From Eledone cirrhosa (Eukaryota), in contig OZ024754.1 of the NCBI GenBank assembly GCA_964016885.1, positions 496,001 through 560,000 of the forward strand: 64,000 bases of DNA, written 5' to 3'. This document shows positions 40,033 through 57,930 of the stretch, one piece after another. Each line of letters starts with the position of its first letter. Position 1 is the first letter of the stretch. The translations under genes were made by a program, and so were the position numbers. The notes under the pieces are model-generated. The model was not told the origin of the DNA. It saw only the letters and a list, made by a program, of their open reading frames with translations, and did no database searches.

Positions 40033-40080
40033 GCCGTCGAAACAGCTTGAGCTCTGCCGTCGGGGTCATACCTTTTCCTA
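39955..40080. mobile_element. Fold-back element family H2 with (TA)n in the loop
   Basis: Perfect 45-bp arms homologous to 33010-33105. Confidence 0.8.
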
Positions 40081-40129
40081 TATATATATATATTATATAT
40101 ATATATATACTATTTAGCCGCAGTAAATT

Positions 40130-40297
40130 GTAAGTCTTGTTAGTCTGGGATTTCGCCTGTTTCTCACAGGATCATCAAACATGACCCCGTGGTAAACAGA
40201 CGAAACTCCAGACTAACAAGACTTACTTAAAATGAATATTTAAACTCTATTTCGGTATTGAGTACTCTTTTCTCTTGGCCGTCAACTACATACGGGT
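40130..40297. mobile_element. Inverted-repeat element with a degenerate hammerhead (family H3; also 59833-59875)
   Basis: Minus strand gtcatgt-TTGATGA-tcctgtgagaaacaggc-GAAA-tcccagac-TA-acaagac; 59833 reads cttgt-CTAATGA-tcctgtgagtacaggt-GAAAC-tctag. Confidence 0.65.
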
Positions 40298-40335
40298 ATA
40301 TATCTCTCTCTCTATATATATATATATATGTGTGT

Positions 40336-40366
<31 letters not shown>

Positions 40367-40420
40367 CCTGTGTGTATGTGCCTGTGTGTGTATTTATATC
40401 TGCATGTGTTCGTGTGTGAA

Positions 40421-40560
40421 CATAGCGTAGTTGAATGGTTAAGGAGTTCGCCTCGGAATCATAAGGTCCCAGGTTCGATCCCATTGCATGGCGTCATTTA
40501 CCTCTAACCCTCAAGTCGACCCCCCATACCTTGTTAGTAAAACTGTTTAGAAGACCATCG
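40421..40560 (+). mobile_element. tRNA-derived SINE head (relative at 41860-41985, -)
   Basis: A-box-like tagttgaatggtta and B-box ggttcgatccc. Confidence 0.6.
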
Positions 40561-42010
40561 AACTAACTGTACCTGAAAATCAAAGGGTGGGCCTTGTCAC
40601 ACTGTGTGTGAATACAATTCTATATATATTTGGTAGTTATTGAACAGACATGGCAGGCGAAACAGAGAAATGTAAGACTATAGTGGACAGACAGACAGAC
40701 AGACTTACTGACAGTCAGTGAGAGGTGGTAGGGGGTGGTGACAGACAGACAGACCGACTGACAGTCAGTGAGAGGTGGTAGGGGGTGGTGACAGACAGAC
40801 AGACGGACGGTCACTGAGAGACGATAGGGGTGGGAACAGACAGACAGGGTAGGAATGTTTATCGATTGGGTTGGACTGGACCCAGCATAAAAACCTCGGA
40901 GTAAACAACAATGACATCACCACCACCATTGCTACTGATGATAGTAGTGGTGGTGGTGACTGTCTAGAATGCCAACAGACTGTGGCCATTGTCGAGGTTA
41001 ACTTTGCCTCTCATCCTTACGGGGTCGATAAAATAAAGTACCAGTAATGCACTGAGTATTTGCTGGCCTTGTGCCAAAAAGTAGAAACAATCATATTTAC
41101 ACACAAACAACGTATATTTAAGAACTCTTGATAACAGCGGTCACCGGCAGAACAAATCTGTCTCTCCCAGCCCGATTCCTCACCAATCCTAACCAACACA
41201 TCTCTCCTCTATCATACACACCGACGTTACACAAGCAAGGGAACATGGCGCCCACATCATTTCCTATATTACTACATACAATTCATTAATAATATAGTCC
41301 GCCTGTCCTTCATTCTCCGGCCGTTACACCATGCTACTCTCTCTGTCTCTCTCTCTCTCTCCCTATTTGGACAAGAGTGTCGGTAGGGACTGACGCCGTC
41401 TGTGTAGACACATGCATTGGACAATAATGTCCCTACATAGACAAAAAACAAACTACAGCATTGGCCACAGCCTTTGATCATAGCTTTGCACCTTTAATGC
41501 CGTCTATAATTACTGGTACTATTATAATGGTAACAATTGTGATTAAGGTAATATAGACAACATAAATCTGGCGAGTCTCCAGAAAATTTAACCATTTTCC
41601 ATTCATTCAAGTAAATTCATTGTTGTTGTTGTTGTTGTTGTTGTAGGGTCACCGTCGGAGTCTACGATGAGTGTTCAAGTTGTTCGAACAACAGAACATC
41701 ATATTCGTGAAATTAACGTACAAGTGGCTGAGCATTCCACAAACATAAGTAATCCTAAACGTATTTCTCAGGGAGATTCGTCGTAACAGTGTGCATCAGG
41801 GCCGGCCTTTTGAATTATATATACATACAATGCATCCGAGGGGGTTTCCAAATTACCTCGTTTTATTCACAGGTCATGGGGTCAACTCAATGTTAAGATA
41901 AATGACACTTGCACAAGATGTCACGCATTGGGATCGAACCCGGGACCTAATTGTGAAGCGAACTCCTTAAATCATTTGGCCCATACTGTCTTCATGAAGT
42001 TCTCCTAGCT

Positions 42011-42209
42011 CAGGGTTTCCCAAACTTTTTCAAACGCAGAATCCTTTTTGATTCAGAAAAAAAAATTGGGGGGGGGGGGGGGGGGGGGGCAATGTCTAAT
42101 ACTGTTATATGGTCGTAATATAAATACACTCCGCTACCTTATTTCACGGGACTCAGACACTCCTTTGCGGCACCCTTGGGTTACATGGCACCGACTTTAG
42201 GAACCACTA
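42011..42209. mobile_element. hAT (Charlie-type) MITE
   Basis: Ends cagggtttcccaaac / ttaggaaccacta; degenerate 8-bp TSD tcctagct/tcctaaca. Confidence 0.65.
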
Positions 42210-42682
42210 TCCTAACATCTTATATATCTACAACAAAACACGTGTTTGGCTGGAAACGTTAATATTTACATTTGTTGTTGTTGTTGTATATAGGTTTCCT
42301 TGCCTAAAACCTTATTAGAGGGAAAGTCTTGTGTCTTTTGTCGTGGAAAGTCTTCTCCCAGTTTGTTTGATGAAATAAATAAGGAAGGGGCACTTTAGAG
42401 ACAGAGTTTTATTTGTATGCATCCCATTGAATTTATACTAGCTTTAAAAAGTGAAAATCGTATCGTTTACGTAGAAAAACATTAAAAAATACCATGACTA
42501 ACACAACTTCCTCTATAATTGTCTTGATTTCTTCCAACAATATACATACACACCCTACATACTAAACATATAAACGTATATATGTGTGAATGTGTGACAT
42601 ATATAGGTACATACACATATACATACATACATACATACATACATACATACATACATAGGTACATACATAAATACATAGGTAC

Positions 42683-42721
<39 letters not shown>

Positions 42722-42751
42722 TACATACATACATACATACATATATATAAG

Positions 42752-42783
<32 letters not shown>

Positions 42784-42789
42784 TATAAG

Positions 42790-42821
<32 letters not shown>

Positions 42822-42946
42822 GGTACATACATACATACATATAGGTACATACATATATATGTATAATATGCATACATAAGAAATATACATACCAGCATAA
42901 ATACATACACACACACACATTTGAAACATACATACGTACGTAACAA

Positions 42947-42978
<32 letters not shown>

Positions 42979-44321
42979 GAAATATACATACAAACACATA
43001 CATACATACATACAAACATACATACATACATACATAGATAATGTTACAATTTTTAAGATCGCATCTAATATATACATCTTGAGTCATACAAATACAGATA
43101 GCGTGTGTATAATTATCTACACACACATATATACACACAGAGAAACTTATACTCACATATCAAGAGAATTTCCGAGAAGATTGCCTCAGTTATTCACCGT
43201 AAATATATTGGACTCTAAATTTCTTCCCTCGCCATCATAAAAGCACACATGGTATATTGCGCGGGTGCGAGTGCGCGCACATGCATACATAAATATACAT
43301 ACACATACATACATAAATATACGTACACACACATACATAAATATACGTACACACACACATACATAGATATACGTACACACACACACACTCACATAAATAT
43401 ATGTACACATACACACATACATAAATAAATATACGTACATACACACTCACATATATAAATATACGTACACACACGTACATGAATATACGTACACATACAT
43501 AAATATATGTACACACACACACATAAATATACGTGCACACATACATAAATATATGTACACACACATACATAAATAAATATATGTACACACACACATATAT
43601 ATATATAGAGAGAGAGGGGGGGGGGGGAGTATGTCCGGAAGAGAGCTATGTAACTCTGCTAGACATGGTAGGTCGGGTTTGTCTGGAGTAAATATGTCTA
43701 CAGACAGTGAGGTAAGCAGGGAAGAACCATTAGTGTAGCAGAAATAAGGTTAAGAGATTTTATAGGAGGGTAGGGCTTGCTAAAATATTGGACTGCATAG
43801 GTTTACATTAAGTCGTACACACCATACCACCATATAGGGCTAACAGGCTCACATATATATATATACAGGCTCACACACACACACTAACACATATATTCAC
43901 ACACAAACACAAACCTACACATAAATACAAAAATACACACTTACACAAACACACTCACAGATACACACACTCAAACACAAACAAACAAACTCACACACAC
44001 ACACTCAGCATACCCGACCGGGGACTGACAGACAAAAGGAAGTCACGATGTGGTCCATCGACCTGCTAAAAATAGCAGGCAAATTCCTCTCAAATCAAAC
44101 ACTACTCCTACCGTCTTAAAATACATGGACATAATGTAGTCCACTGTCTAACGATGGAGGTGGTCATGGCAGGAATGCTTTAGACCTAGTTAAATAGCAA
44201 CAAGATAGGTCACCCTTACCAGGTCCGTCCCACGTGCGAGAAACAACAGCCAAATCTTCCTGTAATCACCTGACAGTCTTTTTTAAAAGGAACATATTAG
44301 ATCACACTGTCCCCTAAATAC

Positions 44322-44535
44322 ACTGTATGGGGGAGGGGGGGGGGGGTCATGCCTGTCTGGACATCTATATGGGGTGGGGATCATCTGTCTAGCTGGACAT
44401 CTGTATGGGGGAGAGGTCAACTGTCTTGCTGGACATCTGTATGGGGGGGAGGTCATCTGTCTGGCTGGACATCTGTATGGAAGGTCATCTGTCTGGGGGG
44501 AGGACATCTGTATGGGGAGTGAGGACATCTGTATA
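44322..44535. repeat. Degenerate ~37-40-bp minisatellite (ggacatctgtatggggggaggtcatctgtctggct)
   Basis: Directly visible. Confidence 0.8.
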
Positions 44536-44974
44536 TCCCTTTATGACACATGACTATAAGTGACTGAGAAAACTGCATATATTATATTAATATCATTATT
44601 GTTTACACTAGCATGGGTTAGACGGGTTGTCCCAATTAAGCTGTTTCTGGCTGGGTTTCTACAGCTGGATGCCCTTCCTAATGCCAACTATATTTACAGT
44701 GAGTACTGGGTGCTTTTTGTCATGACACCTACACGACCACTTTACGGATTGTGGGAACCCTTCAGTTGTGTCAAAGATATGACATCTCTAGTGCTGGTGC
44801 CATGACAGAATACACTCAATAGAACATGGGACCCTATGTAAGCAAGATGCAGACACTCCGCCTGTCTGAGAAGCCAGTAGTCTCACTTCAGCATTGACTC
44901 AGTCTGTGAAGACCCCTTCAACCCTTGCTATCAAGGAAAGCAGATATTAAATGATGAAGAAGACATATGTAAAG

Positions 44975-47860
44975 GGGTGTGTGTGAAACAGATATGTTGG
45001 AGAGGAGTCTTTGCCCAACACCTCACAGACAAAGTGTATAACTTATTGTGAATGGGTAGCAGTAATGGAATAGGAGGGGTATGAAAGCCTCTGGTGGAGA
45101 GGGTAACTGAGATAGTCAGGGTGTAATAAGATAATCAAGCTGAGGCACTACAACAGCTAGCGTAAACCCTGCCTCTACCTAACATGCCAGGTTTGCAGAC
45201 AAATAAAAGGATCACTTCTATAAGGACCTTCTGCAGACCACCCCATTAACAAATGACAGTGATCATGGCTGGTGACTTCAATGGCTCAGGTTGGGAAACA
45301 CTGCAGCAGCTTTCCTGGGGTGTTTAGAGGCCTTGGGTGTGGTACAAGAAATGAAGAGGAGGGTGGTCAAAGATTCTGGAGTTTTGCAATGCTTTCAGCC
45401 TAACCATCTGCAACAGAAACTTCAGGAAACCAGCCAACTGCATCATTACCTACCAATCAATAAATAGACTTCATTCTTACCAGAAAACAAGTTAGGTGAA
45501 GTTTGTAAATGCCAAGTCTTTCTCAGGGGAAGAATGTATGTCCCAACATAGATTAATTGTCAGTGACCTTAGAATAAGCGCTAGATGGACTACGAGACAA
45601 AGGCAAGGAAGACATGGAAGCTGAAAGAACTCTCAGCTGGCAACAAATTCAGAGAAATCCTACTTGAAGCTAATGACAATGAGGAAGAGGAGATGGAGAC
45701 TTTCAGCATAGACAAAAAAATTGGAATTTCTACAAGACAACCAACCTCCTGAAAGCTACAGACAAGGCCTGTGGCTAGAACAAGGTTCCAAAATGATGAA
45801 GGGTGACATGGTGGTTGAAGAATAGAGTAGATAGAGCTATAAAAACAAAAAAGGGGAAGCCTGGAAAAACTGGAGAAATTTGAAGGAAAAAAGAAATATT
45901 AAATAGCTGAAAAAAAGGTCAGATAGTTCTATGTTGAGAAGATTAGATGCATGGAGTAGTCTGGATTATAAAACAGGGTACTGGAAGAAATTGAGATGTA
46001 GATGATGAAACACGTGTCTAAAATGATGTTAGAAAGAAAGAGGCATGGAAGTTGTATTACAAGGGACTGTCCCACCCTTGCAAGCAAGGAAAAGCGGACG
46101 TATGATGATGATGATGATGAATCAAGAAAAAAAAGGAGACTGTGAAGGTCTACCCCATGTAAACCCACCAGAGAAACTAGCCATAAAAGTTGAAAGCAGT
46201 GTGACAGACAAAGCAATTAACCCTTTCACATTTAAACCAGCCATATCCGACCAGGACTCACTCACCTCTTTCTATTCAAACCAGTTGTAACTGACTGATC
46301 ATACTTATGTTAAGGTATTGTTTTCAAAATAAATATCAAAATCTTGTAGATTCAATATTATGAGAGATGAAGCCTTTTGTGTGAAAATATAATAGTAAAT
46401 ACAGAGTAATGTAAAGGGTTAAGGATATGAAGGTACGGAAAGCAGCACGACCATCCAGTATGGTTGCCATGATGTTAAATTATCGGGCATGGTAGGTTAC
46501 AAGTTAGTGAGATGTAAAATTACTCCAGTAATACATGGTGTCATACCGAATGACAGACAGGGTAAAGGAGATGCACTATAAAGAACTGCAGAAGGATCAA
46601 TTTGAAGGAGCAGGTCATGAAAATTACTGAAAGGGGTATAGCACAACTAATTAGTGACAGAGTTAAGTTGAATGAGATGCAGGTTGGCTTTATGCCATGT
46701 AGGGTTATTACCGATGCCTTCTTTCTGCTGACACAACTACAGGAGAAGTACTTGGTTAAGTATAAGCCACTGAACCTGGCATTTGTGAATCTGGATAAGA
46801 TGTTTGACAGAGTCCCCCACTCTGTAATCTTGTGGGCCGGAAGCTAAGTGTGGTGTAGAGGGCTTGTGAGGGCTGCGCAAGTCATGCATAGAAGTACAAT
46901 TAACAAGATGAAACTTGACAATGATGGTGAATCTGATGTGCAGGTGGAGGTCCACCAGGATCCAGTTCTTAGCCTACTTGTTTATCATTGTCCTTCAGGC
47001 CATTAGGAAGAAACTTAAGACTGGTACTCCATGGAAACTGCATCCTGATGATCTAGTCCTTATAGCTGAACCTGTGAGAGAGTTAGTGGAAAAATTCTGA
47101 ACATGAAAGAAAAACCTAGAATCGAAAGACCTAAATGTAAACTCAGCAAAGTTTTAATAAAGAGGAAGAAGGGCAAGAAACTGATACTATCAGAGAAGTA
47201 GCTTTGCCCAATGTGTCGAAAAGGGGTGAGCACATTGTAATCTGTGGATACACAGGAGAAGTAAGCACTAAGAGTGCTAGTGAAATAAGTTTCCAGTTGA
47301 CAGGAAAGCTCCCTAGAAGTTGTTGGTAGTTTGTTTTTTTAACTAAGAAACCTAATGAGCAGTTCGGAAAGATGCTCTGAAAGTGTGATACCCAAGAATA
47401 AGAACAGGCTGGAAGAATTTTAGAGGGTACCTCTGCTAACAACACAAGGCTTCTCTCTCAAGGTGAAGGGTTGACTGCATGTGAACTGCAATGCTACATA
47501 GCAGTGAGACATGGGTGATGACCTATCAAGACTAGAAAGAAATGAAGCAAGTATGCTCTGATGGATGTGTAATGTTAGTGTGCATGAATAATGCAACATA
47601 AGTAAACTGAGAAGAAAACTCAGCATAAGATGAAATGGATGTACTGTGCAAGAGAGGACTGCACTGGTATGGACATGCAAGAGAGAAGACGGCGTTGGTA
47701 TGGTCATGCAGGAGGACTGCACTGGTATGGTCATGCAAGAGAGGACTGCACTGGTATGGACATACAAGAGAGGACTGCACTGGTATGGACATGCAAGAGA
47801 GGACTGCACTGGTATGGACATGCAAGAGAGAAGACTGCGTTGGTTTGGACGTGATGTTTT
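44975..47860 (+). pseudogene. Old decayed near-full-length RTE LINE (APE + RT) with nested insertions
   Basis: Remnants in order: [83 protein letters not shown]; many stops and indels. Confidence 0.9.
46217..46422. mobile_element. piggyBac-type MITE nested in the old RTE
   Basis: Removing it plus one TTAA restores gac aaa gca att aag gat atg aag (DKAIKDMK). Confidence 0.95.
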
Positions 47861-48494
47861 TGGAGTCTTGATAAAATGCTCCCAGTACACGATGAGGATG
47901 ATAAGTCGATACCTTTAAAATGGAATCAAATGACCTATTATTTTTGAGGTGTGGTAAAGGCCTAACTGTGACAAATAATATTTGAACATGCTGCACTACC
48001 TTGTCATGGTGTACTAAACCTGTCAATGACAAACTAAATCTTGCAATGACAGTCAGTTGCTTTTAGTATTCTCTCACCTTTTTCTGTTCAAGCCAGCCAT
48101 ATCTGCCAGGTAAACAAGAAGAAGGATGTGTTTTTTTGCCTGCAGCATATCACATAATCTGATTTTCATTTGAAGATACTTTTCCCATAACAACAACCAA
48201 TGCATACGTTACATCATGGATTGCATAAGGGAACCAGTGAAATAATTATAATGAATAAACGATTTATGTAATATCAGCATCTTTTTTTAATGTTATTTAT
48301 ATATATATATAAGTGTAAATTGTAATAACAAAACAATGAACTGTTGATAAGTAACATAGAGCCATTTTAGATTACTTAAAATATATAGCGTATGTTTTTA
48401 TAGGAACTCATAGTTTCATGATGGTGTCTGATAACTGAGATAGCATCACAAAACTATGAATATGGACAAAAACATATGTTAATGCCATGCTTTA

Positions 48495-48566
<72 letters not shown>

Positions 48567-48861
48567 CATAGTTTGTTTGAAATAAAAAATTTAGAAAATA
48601 AACAGCTACCAGAAAGGAAATCTCTCACTCCTTCGAAGCCCTATACCCCCCTCCTCTGCCAATAATGGATGGTAAATCCGAAAAATTTGGGGACTAATAA
48701 TTTGCTAAGGTAACATTCAGTCATTCTTTTCTTTGCTTTTATTTTCTCTTTTTTCCTCCCACTTTGTGCTTTCTTTCTCTCTCTCCCTTCTAACTTGTTA
48801 CTTGGGTAATTCTAACCTACTTACATTGTATGGCTTTCTAAACACACATACCCACTTTTCA

Positions 48862-53695
<4,834 letters not shown>

Positions 53696-56600
53696 TCATC
53701 ATCATCATCATCATCATTTTACGTCCGCTCTTCCCTGCTTGCAAGGGTGGGACGGGTCTTATTCAGCACAGCATCTCTCCACTCGTCACGGTCCCTCATC
53801 TCCACCGTGAGCTTCAATGATCTGAGGTCTGTTCTCACCACCTCCGCCCATGTTTTTCGTGGTCTACCTCTACCACGTCTTCCTTCAACTGGCATTTTCT
53901 GGCACTTCTTCACCCATCGGTCATCCTCCATGCGCATCACATGTCCATACCACCTCAGTCTCCTCTCCCGTACACTACATTCTATCCCTCTCAGACACAG
54001 TTTCTCTCTCAACACATTTATGCTGGGTCGTTCACGCACATTTACACTGCACATCCAACGGAGCATGCTTGCCTCATTTCTCTCCAGCCGTCGCATATCT
54101 TCTGCGGTAGCTGCCCATGTCTCACTACCATGCAGCATCGCGCTCCTCACACAGGCATCATACAACCGGCCTTTCGTACGCAGGGAGAAACCCTTCTTCG
54201 TCAACAGAGGAAGCAGCTCCCTAAACTTCTTCCAACCCGTCCTTATTCTAGATACTATGGCCTCGGAACACCCTCCTCCCATGCTAATCTGATCTCCTAG
54301 GTACCGGAAGCTATCCACCATTTCTATAGCGCCTTCTCGCATTTGAAAAATGTGTCTATCAGTGCGACTTCTACTGTCTAATTTCCCTGTACATCTACTG
54401 CATACATATTTCTCCCTACCTGTTAGTTTGCCTGCTATCCCGCTACATCTCTTGTGTACCCAGGACCTACATTGTGTGCATTTTATAGAATTTATGCCAG
54501 TTCCTTTTCTGCATATCGAACATGGCCATTTCCCTGACGGAATCAGGGTTTTGTCCTCTTTTCTACTCATCAACACTTTTGTCTTAGCTAGATTTACTCT
54601 CAGTCCTCTTGCTTCCAACTGCTGTTTCCATAGCCGGAATTTATTCTCTAGCTCCTCTACTGATTCTGCCATAAGAGCCAGATCGTCAGCATAGATAAGT
54701 TCCCATGGACAGCCAGTCTTAAACTCCTCTGTTATGGCTTGGAGGACTATAATGAACAAGAGCGGGCTGAGGACCGAACCCTGATGTACTCCTACTTGTA
54801 TCTGGAATTCCTCACTAAACTCCATTCCTACCCTGACTTTACTGAGAGTACCTCTGTACAAAGTTTGCACTGTCCTTACAAGCCATTCCTCAACACCCAG
54901 CTTCCTTAGGGACCACCAGATGACAGATCGGGGTACCCTATCAAAGGCCTTCTCTAGGTCAACAAAGGCTAAGTATAGTGGCTTATTCTTCTCTAAGAAC
55001 CTCTCTTGCATTTGTCTCACCAAGAAGAGGGCATCTGTTGTACTCTTCCCAGGCACAAAACCAAACTGCATCTCATCTAGTTTGACCCTTTCTCTAATTA
55101 GTTGTGCTAAAATCCTTTCTGCCACTTTCATAACCTGATCTATCAGTTTTATACCCCTATAATTGCTCCTCTCCAAAGCATCCCCTTTACCTTTGTAGCA
55201 ATTTATGAGAATACTGCTGCACCAGTCTTTGGGTATGACACCACCATATATAGCCTGATTGATTATGCGTGCAACCAGTTTAGTGCCTACGTCCCCTGAT
55301 GCCTTCAGCATCTCAGCAACTATTCCCGATGGTCCGGCCGCCTTACCATTCTTCATTTCCCTAATCGCCTCTTGGACCCTATATTCGTCAATCTCAATAG
55401 CTGGTCCCTCTGTCGGATCTACCAAGGGTAATTTTTCTCTCTCCCATTCGTTCTCCACATTCATCAGTCTCTCATAATGACATTTCCAGGCCTCCTTTTT
55501 CTGGTCATTCGTGACACTAAGTACACCGGCATCATCCCGGACACATTTATCACCAACAACATCCTGATTTGCATTGACACACTGCCTTGCAATGTGGAAC
55601 ACCGCACGCCTCTGATCTTCCCGTCGCAGAACATTGGCAAACCTCCTACTCTCTGCCTCCCTGCGTGCTAAGTACACCTGACGTCTAGCTTCTCTCTTAG
55701 TGGCTGTATATTCTTCCCTACTCCCACCCTTATTCCAAGCCTTCCATGCTAGTCTTTTGTCTCTAATAGCCTTATCTACACTGCTGTTCCACCACCAGGT
55801 CACTCTCTGTCTGGTTGGAGCTCTGCTCCAGCCACAGGTTTCATCAGTAGCCTTCAGCAAGTTGTCACGTAAGAACTTCCAGTTATTATCTATGTCATAC
55901 GTCTCTAAATCGTCTTCTTTTTCGTCATATACATCTTGAAGGGCTTTCCTAAATTTGAATTTTAGTGAAAGGTCTTTTAGCTTCCAGACCTTTCTTCTCC
56001 ACACCTTCCTATATGTCTCATTCCATCTCTTGCTTACTGAGATATCACTAACAACTAACCTATGCTGTGGGTACATTCTTCCCCAGGGTATGCCTTGGTA
56101 TTAGACACTATCTGCCTGTCCCGCTGCCTAACTAGCAGGAAGTCAATCTGGCTTATGTGCTCACCAGATTTGTAGGTTATTAGGTGATTGGCAGGTTTCC
56201 GGAAGTTTGTGTTGCAAATAGTCAATGTACTTGCATCACAAAATTCAAGAAGTCTCACTCCTTCTTCACTTTTTGAACCATAACCGTGCCCACCATGTAC
56301 CCCAGTGTAACCATCCTGGAGCTGTCCAACATGACCATTGAAGTCTCCTGCTAGCATAACGATGTCTCCGTCCTCTGTCATTGTGGTTGTTTGCAAGAGT
56401 TGCTCATAAAAGCAGTCTTTCTCATCTTTGCCTAGGCCTGCTTGGGGAGCATAGACCGAGATGATTGTCAGTAGTCTCCTACCTACAACTAATCTAAGCT
56501 TAATTATTCGATTACTAACTCGAACTACCTCTATTGTCTTATTGATCCATTTCTCAGCCAGGAAAATGCCTACTCCCCCTAACCCATCATCCTTACCTAC

Positions 56601-56729
56601 CCAGAATAGCTTATAGCTAAGACGCTTGCCTACGACTAGTCTCGCAGAGGCACCTCTCCATCTCACCTCTTGCACGCAGCACACATCCACCTGCCTTCTC
56701 TCCAGAGCACACATCCACCTGCCTTCTCT
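53696..56729 (-). mobile_element. RTE-clade LINE family B, nearly full ORF, inserted in a microsatellite
   Basis: APE endonuclease + RT + PHD finger; (GAT)n tail directly after the stop; 5'-truncated at the start of APE. Confidence 0.95.
53719..56705 (-). CDS. RTE APE-RT polyprotein with one frameshift at 56069-56071
   Basis: [31 protein letters not shown]|PQHRLV, then RT motifs [18 protein letters not shown]. It joins ORFs 56055-57308 and 53719-56076. Confidence 0.93.
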
Positions 56730-57215
56730 ACATATATATATATATACACATACATACATATATATATATATATACACATACATACATATATATATATATA
56801 TACACATACATACATATATATATATATATACACATACATACATATATATATATATATACACATACATACATATATATATATATATACACATACATACATA
56901 TATATATATATATACACATACATACATATATATATATATATACACATACATACATATATATATATATATACACATACATACATATATATATATATATACA
57001 CATACATACATATATATATATATACACATACATACATATATATATATATACACATACATACATATATATATATATACACATACATACATATATATATATA
57101 TACACATACATACATATATATATATATATACACATACATACATATATATATATATATACACATACATACATATATATATATATACACATACATATATATA
57201 CATATACATATATAT

Positions 57216-57258
<43 letters not shown>

Positions 57259-57424
57259 TACATTCTTTTATTAATTCCAGACATTAGACTGTGGACCTGT
57301 TGGCACATGATGGAATTAAGTCAACCATATCGACCACAGTGATTCACTCTAAAGTCTTCTTATTTTATCCATCACTTTTTGTCGAACCTCTAGGTTCAAG
57401 TCTCAAACAGACAAAAACGTAAAC

Positions 57425-57464
<40 letters not shown>

Positions 57465-57561
57465 CATACACAGTCTCCCCCCAAAATGTATACATATATT
57501 TATTAGAATGATGTTGAAGTGTGTATACATTTTTGGGGAAAACCCTATATATATGTATATA

Positions 57562-57692
57562 TTTCCTGATGATTTCTTTCGAATGAAACAGTTCTAGTCC
57601 TGTAGAAGCCATTTCTGTATTAAATTTAATGCTTACACTCTACTAATGTATTGAGTACCTTATTGCGGTTACCTCGACCGAACCCCGGCCTC
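57562..57692 (+). ncRNA. Family H1 element with an intact hammerhead core
   Basis: tttc-CTGATGA-tttctttcgaat-GAAAC-ag-ttctagtc-ct-GTA-gaag. Confidence 0.8.
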
Positions 57693-57697
57693 ATATG

Positions 57698-57743
<46 letters not shown>

Positions 57744-57930
57744 AATTCCATCGGAAAAGTCCAGGAAAAAAGAGTGCTCTATGTATGCAACAGAGCTTAA
57801 TATTCAATAAACAAACCAGGATTTTTTCATTCTGAGGATCGAAAGCAAAACCTTTTGCTTTTAAGAAACCACTGGTAAATGGAATAATTGCCTTATGTTG
57901 TTTATTACATAATAATAATATATATATATA

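Noticed and set aside
40421-40490. Functional tRNA gene
   Set aside because: A and B boxes are present but no complete cloverleaf; it continues into a SINE body.
57828-57865. CTGAGGA-tc-GAAA followed by the palindrome agcaaaaccttttgct
   Set aside because: There is no stem II and no stem I pairing.
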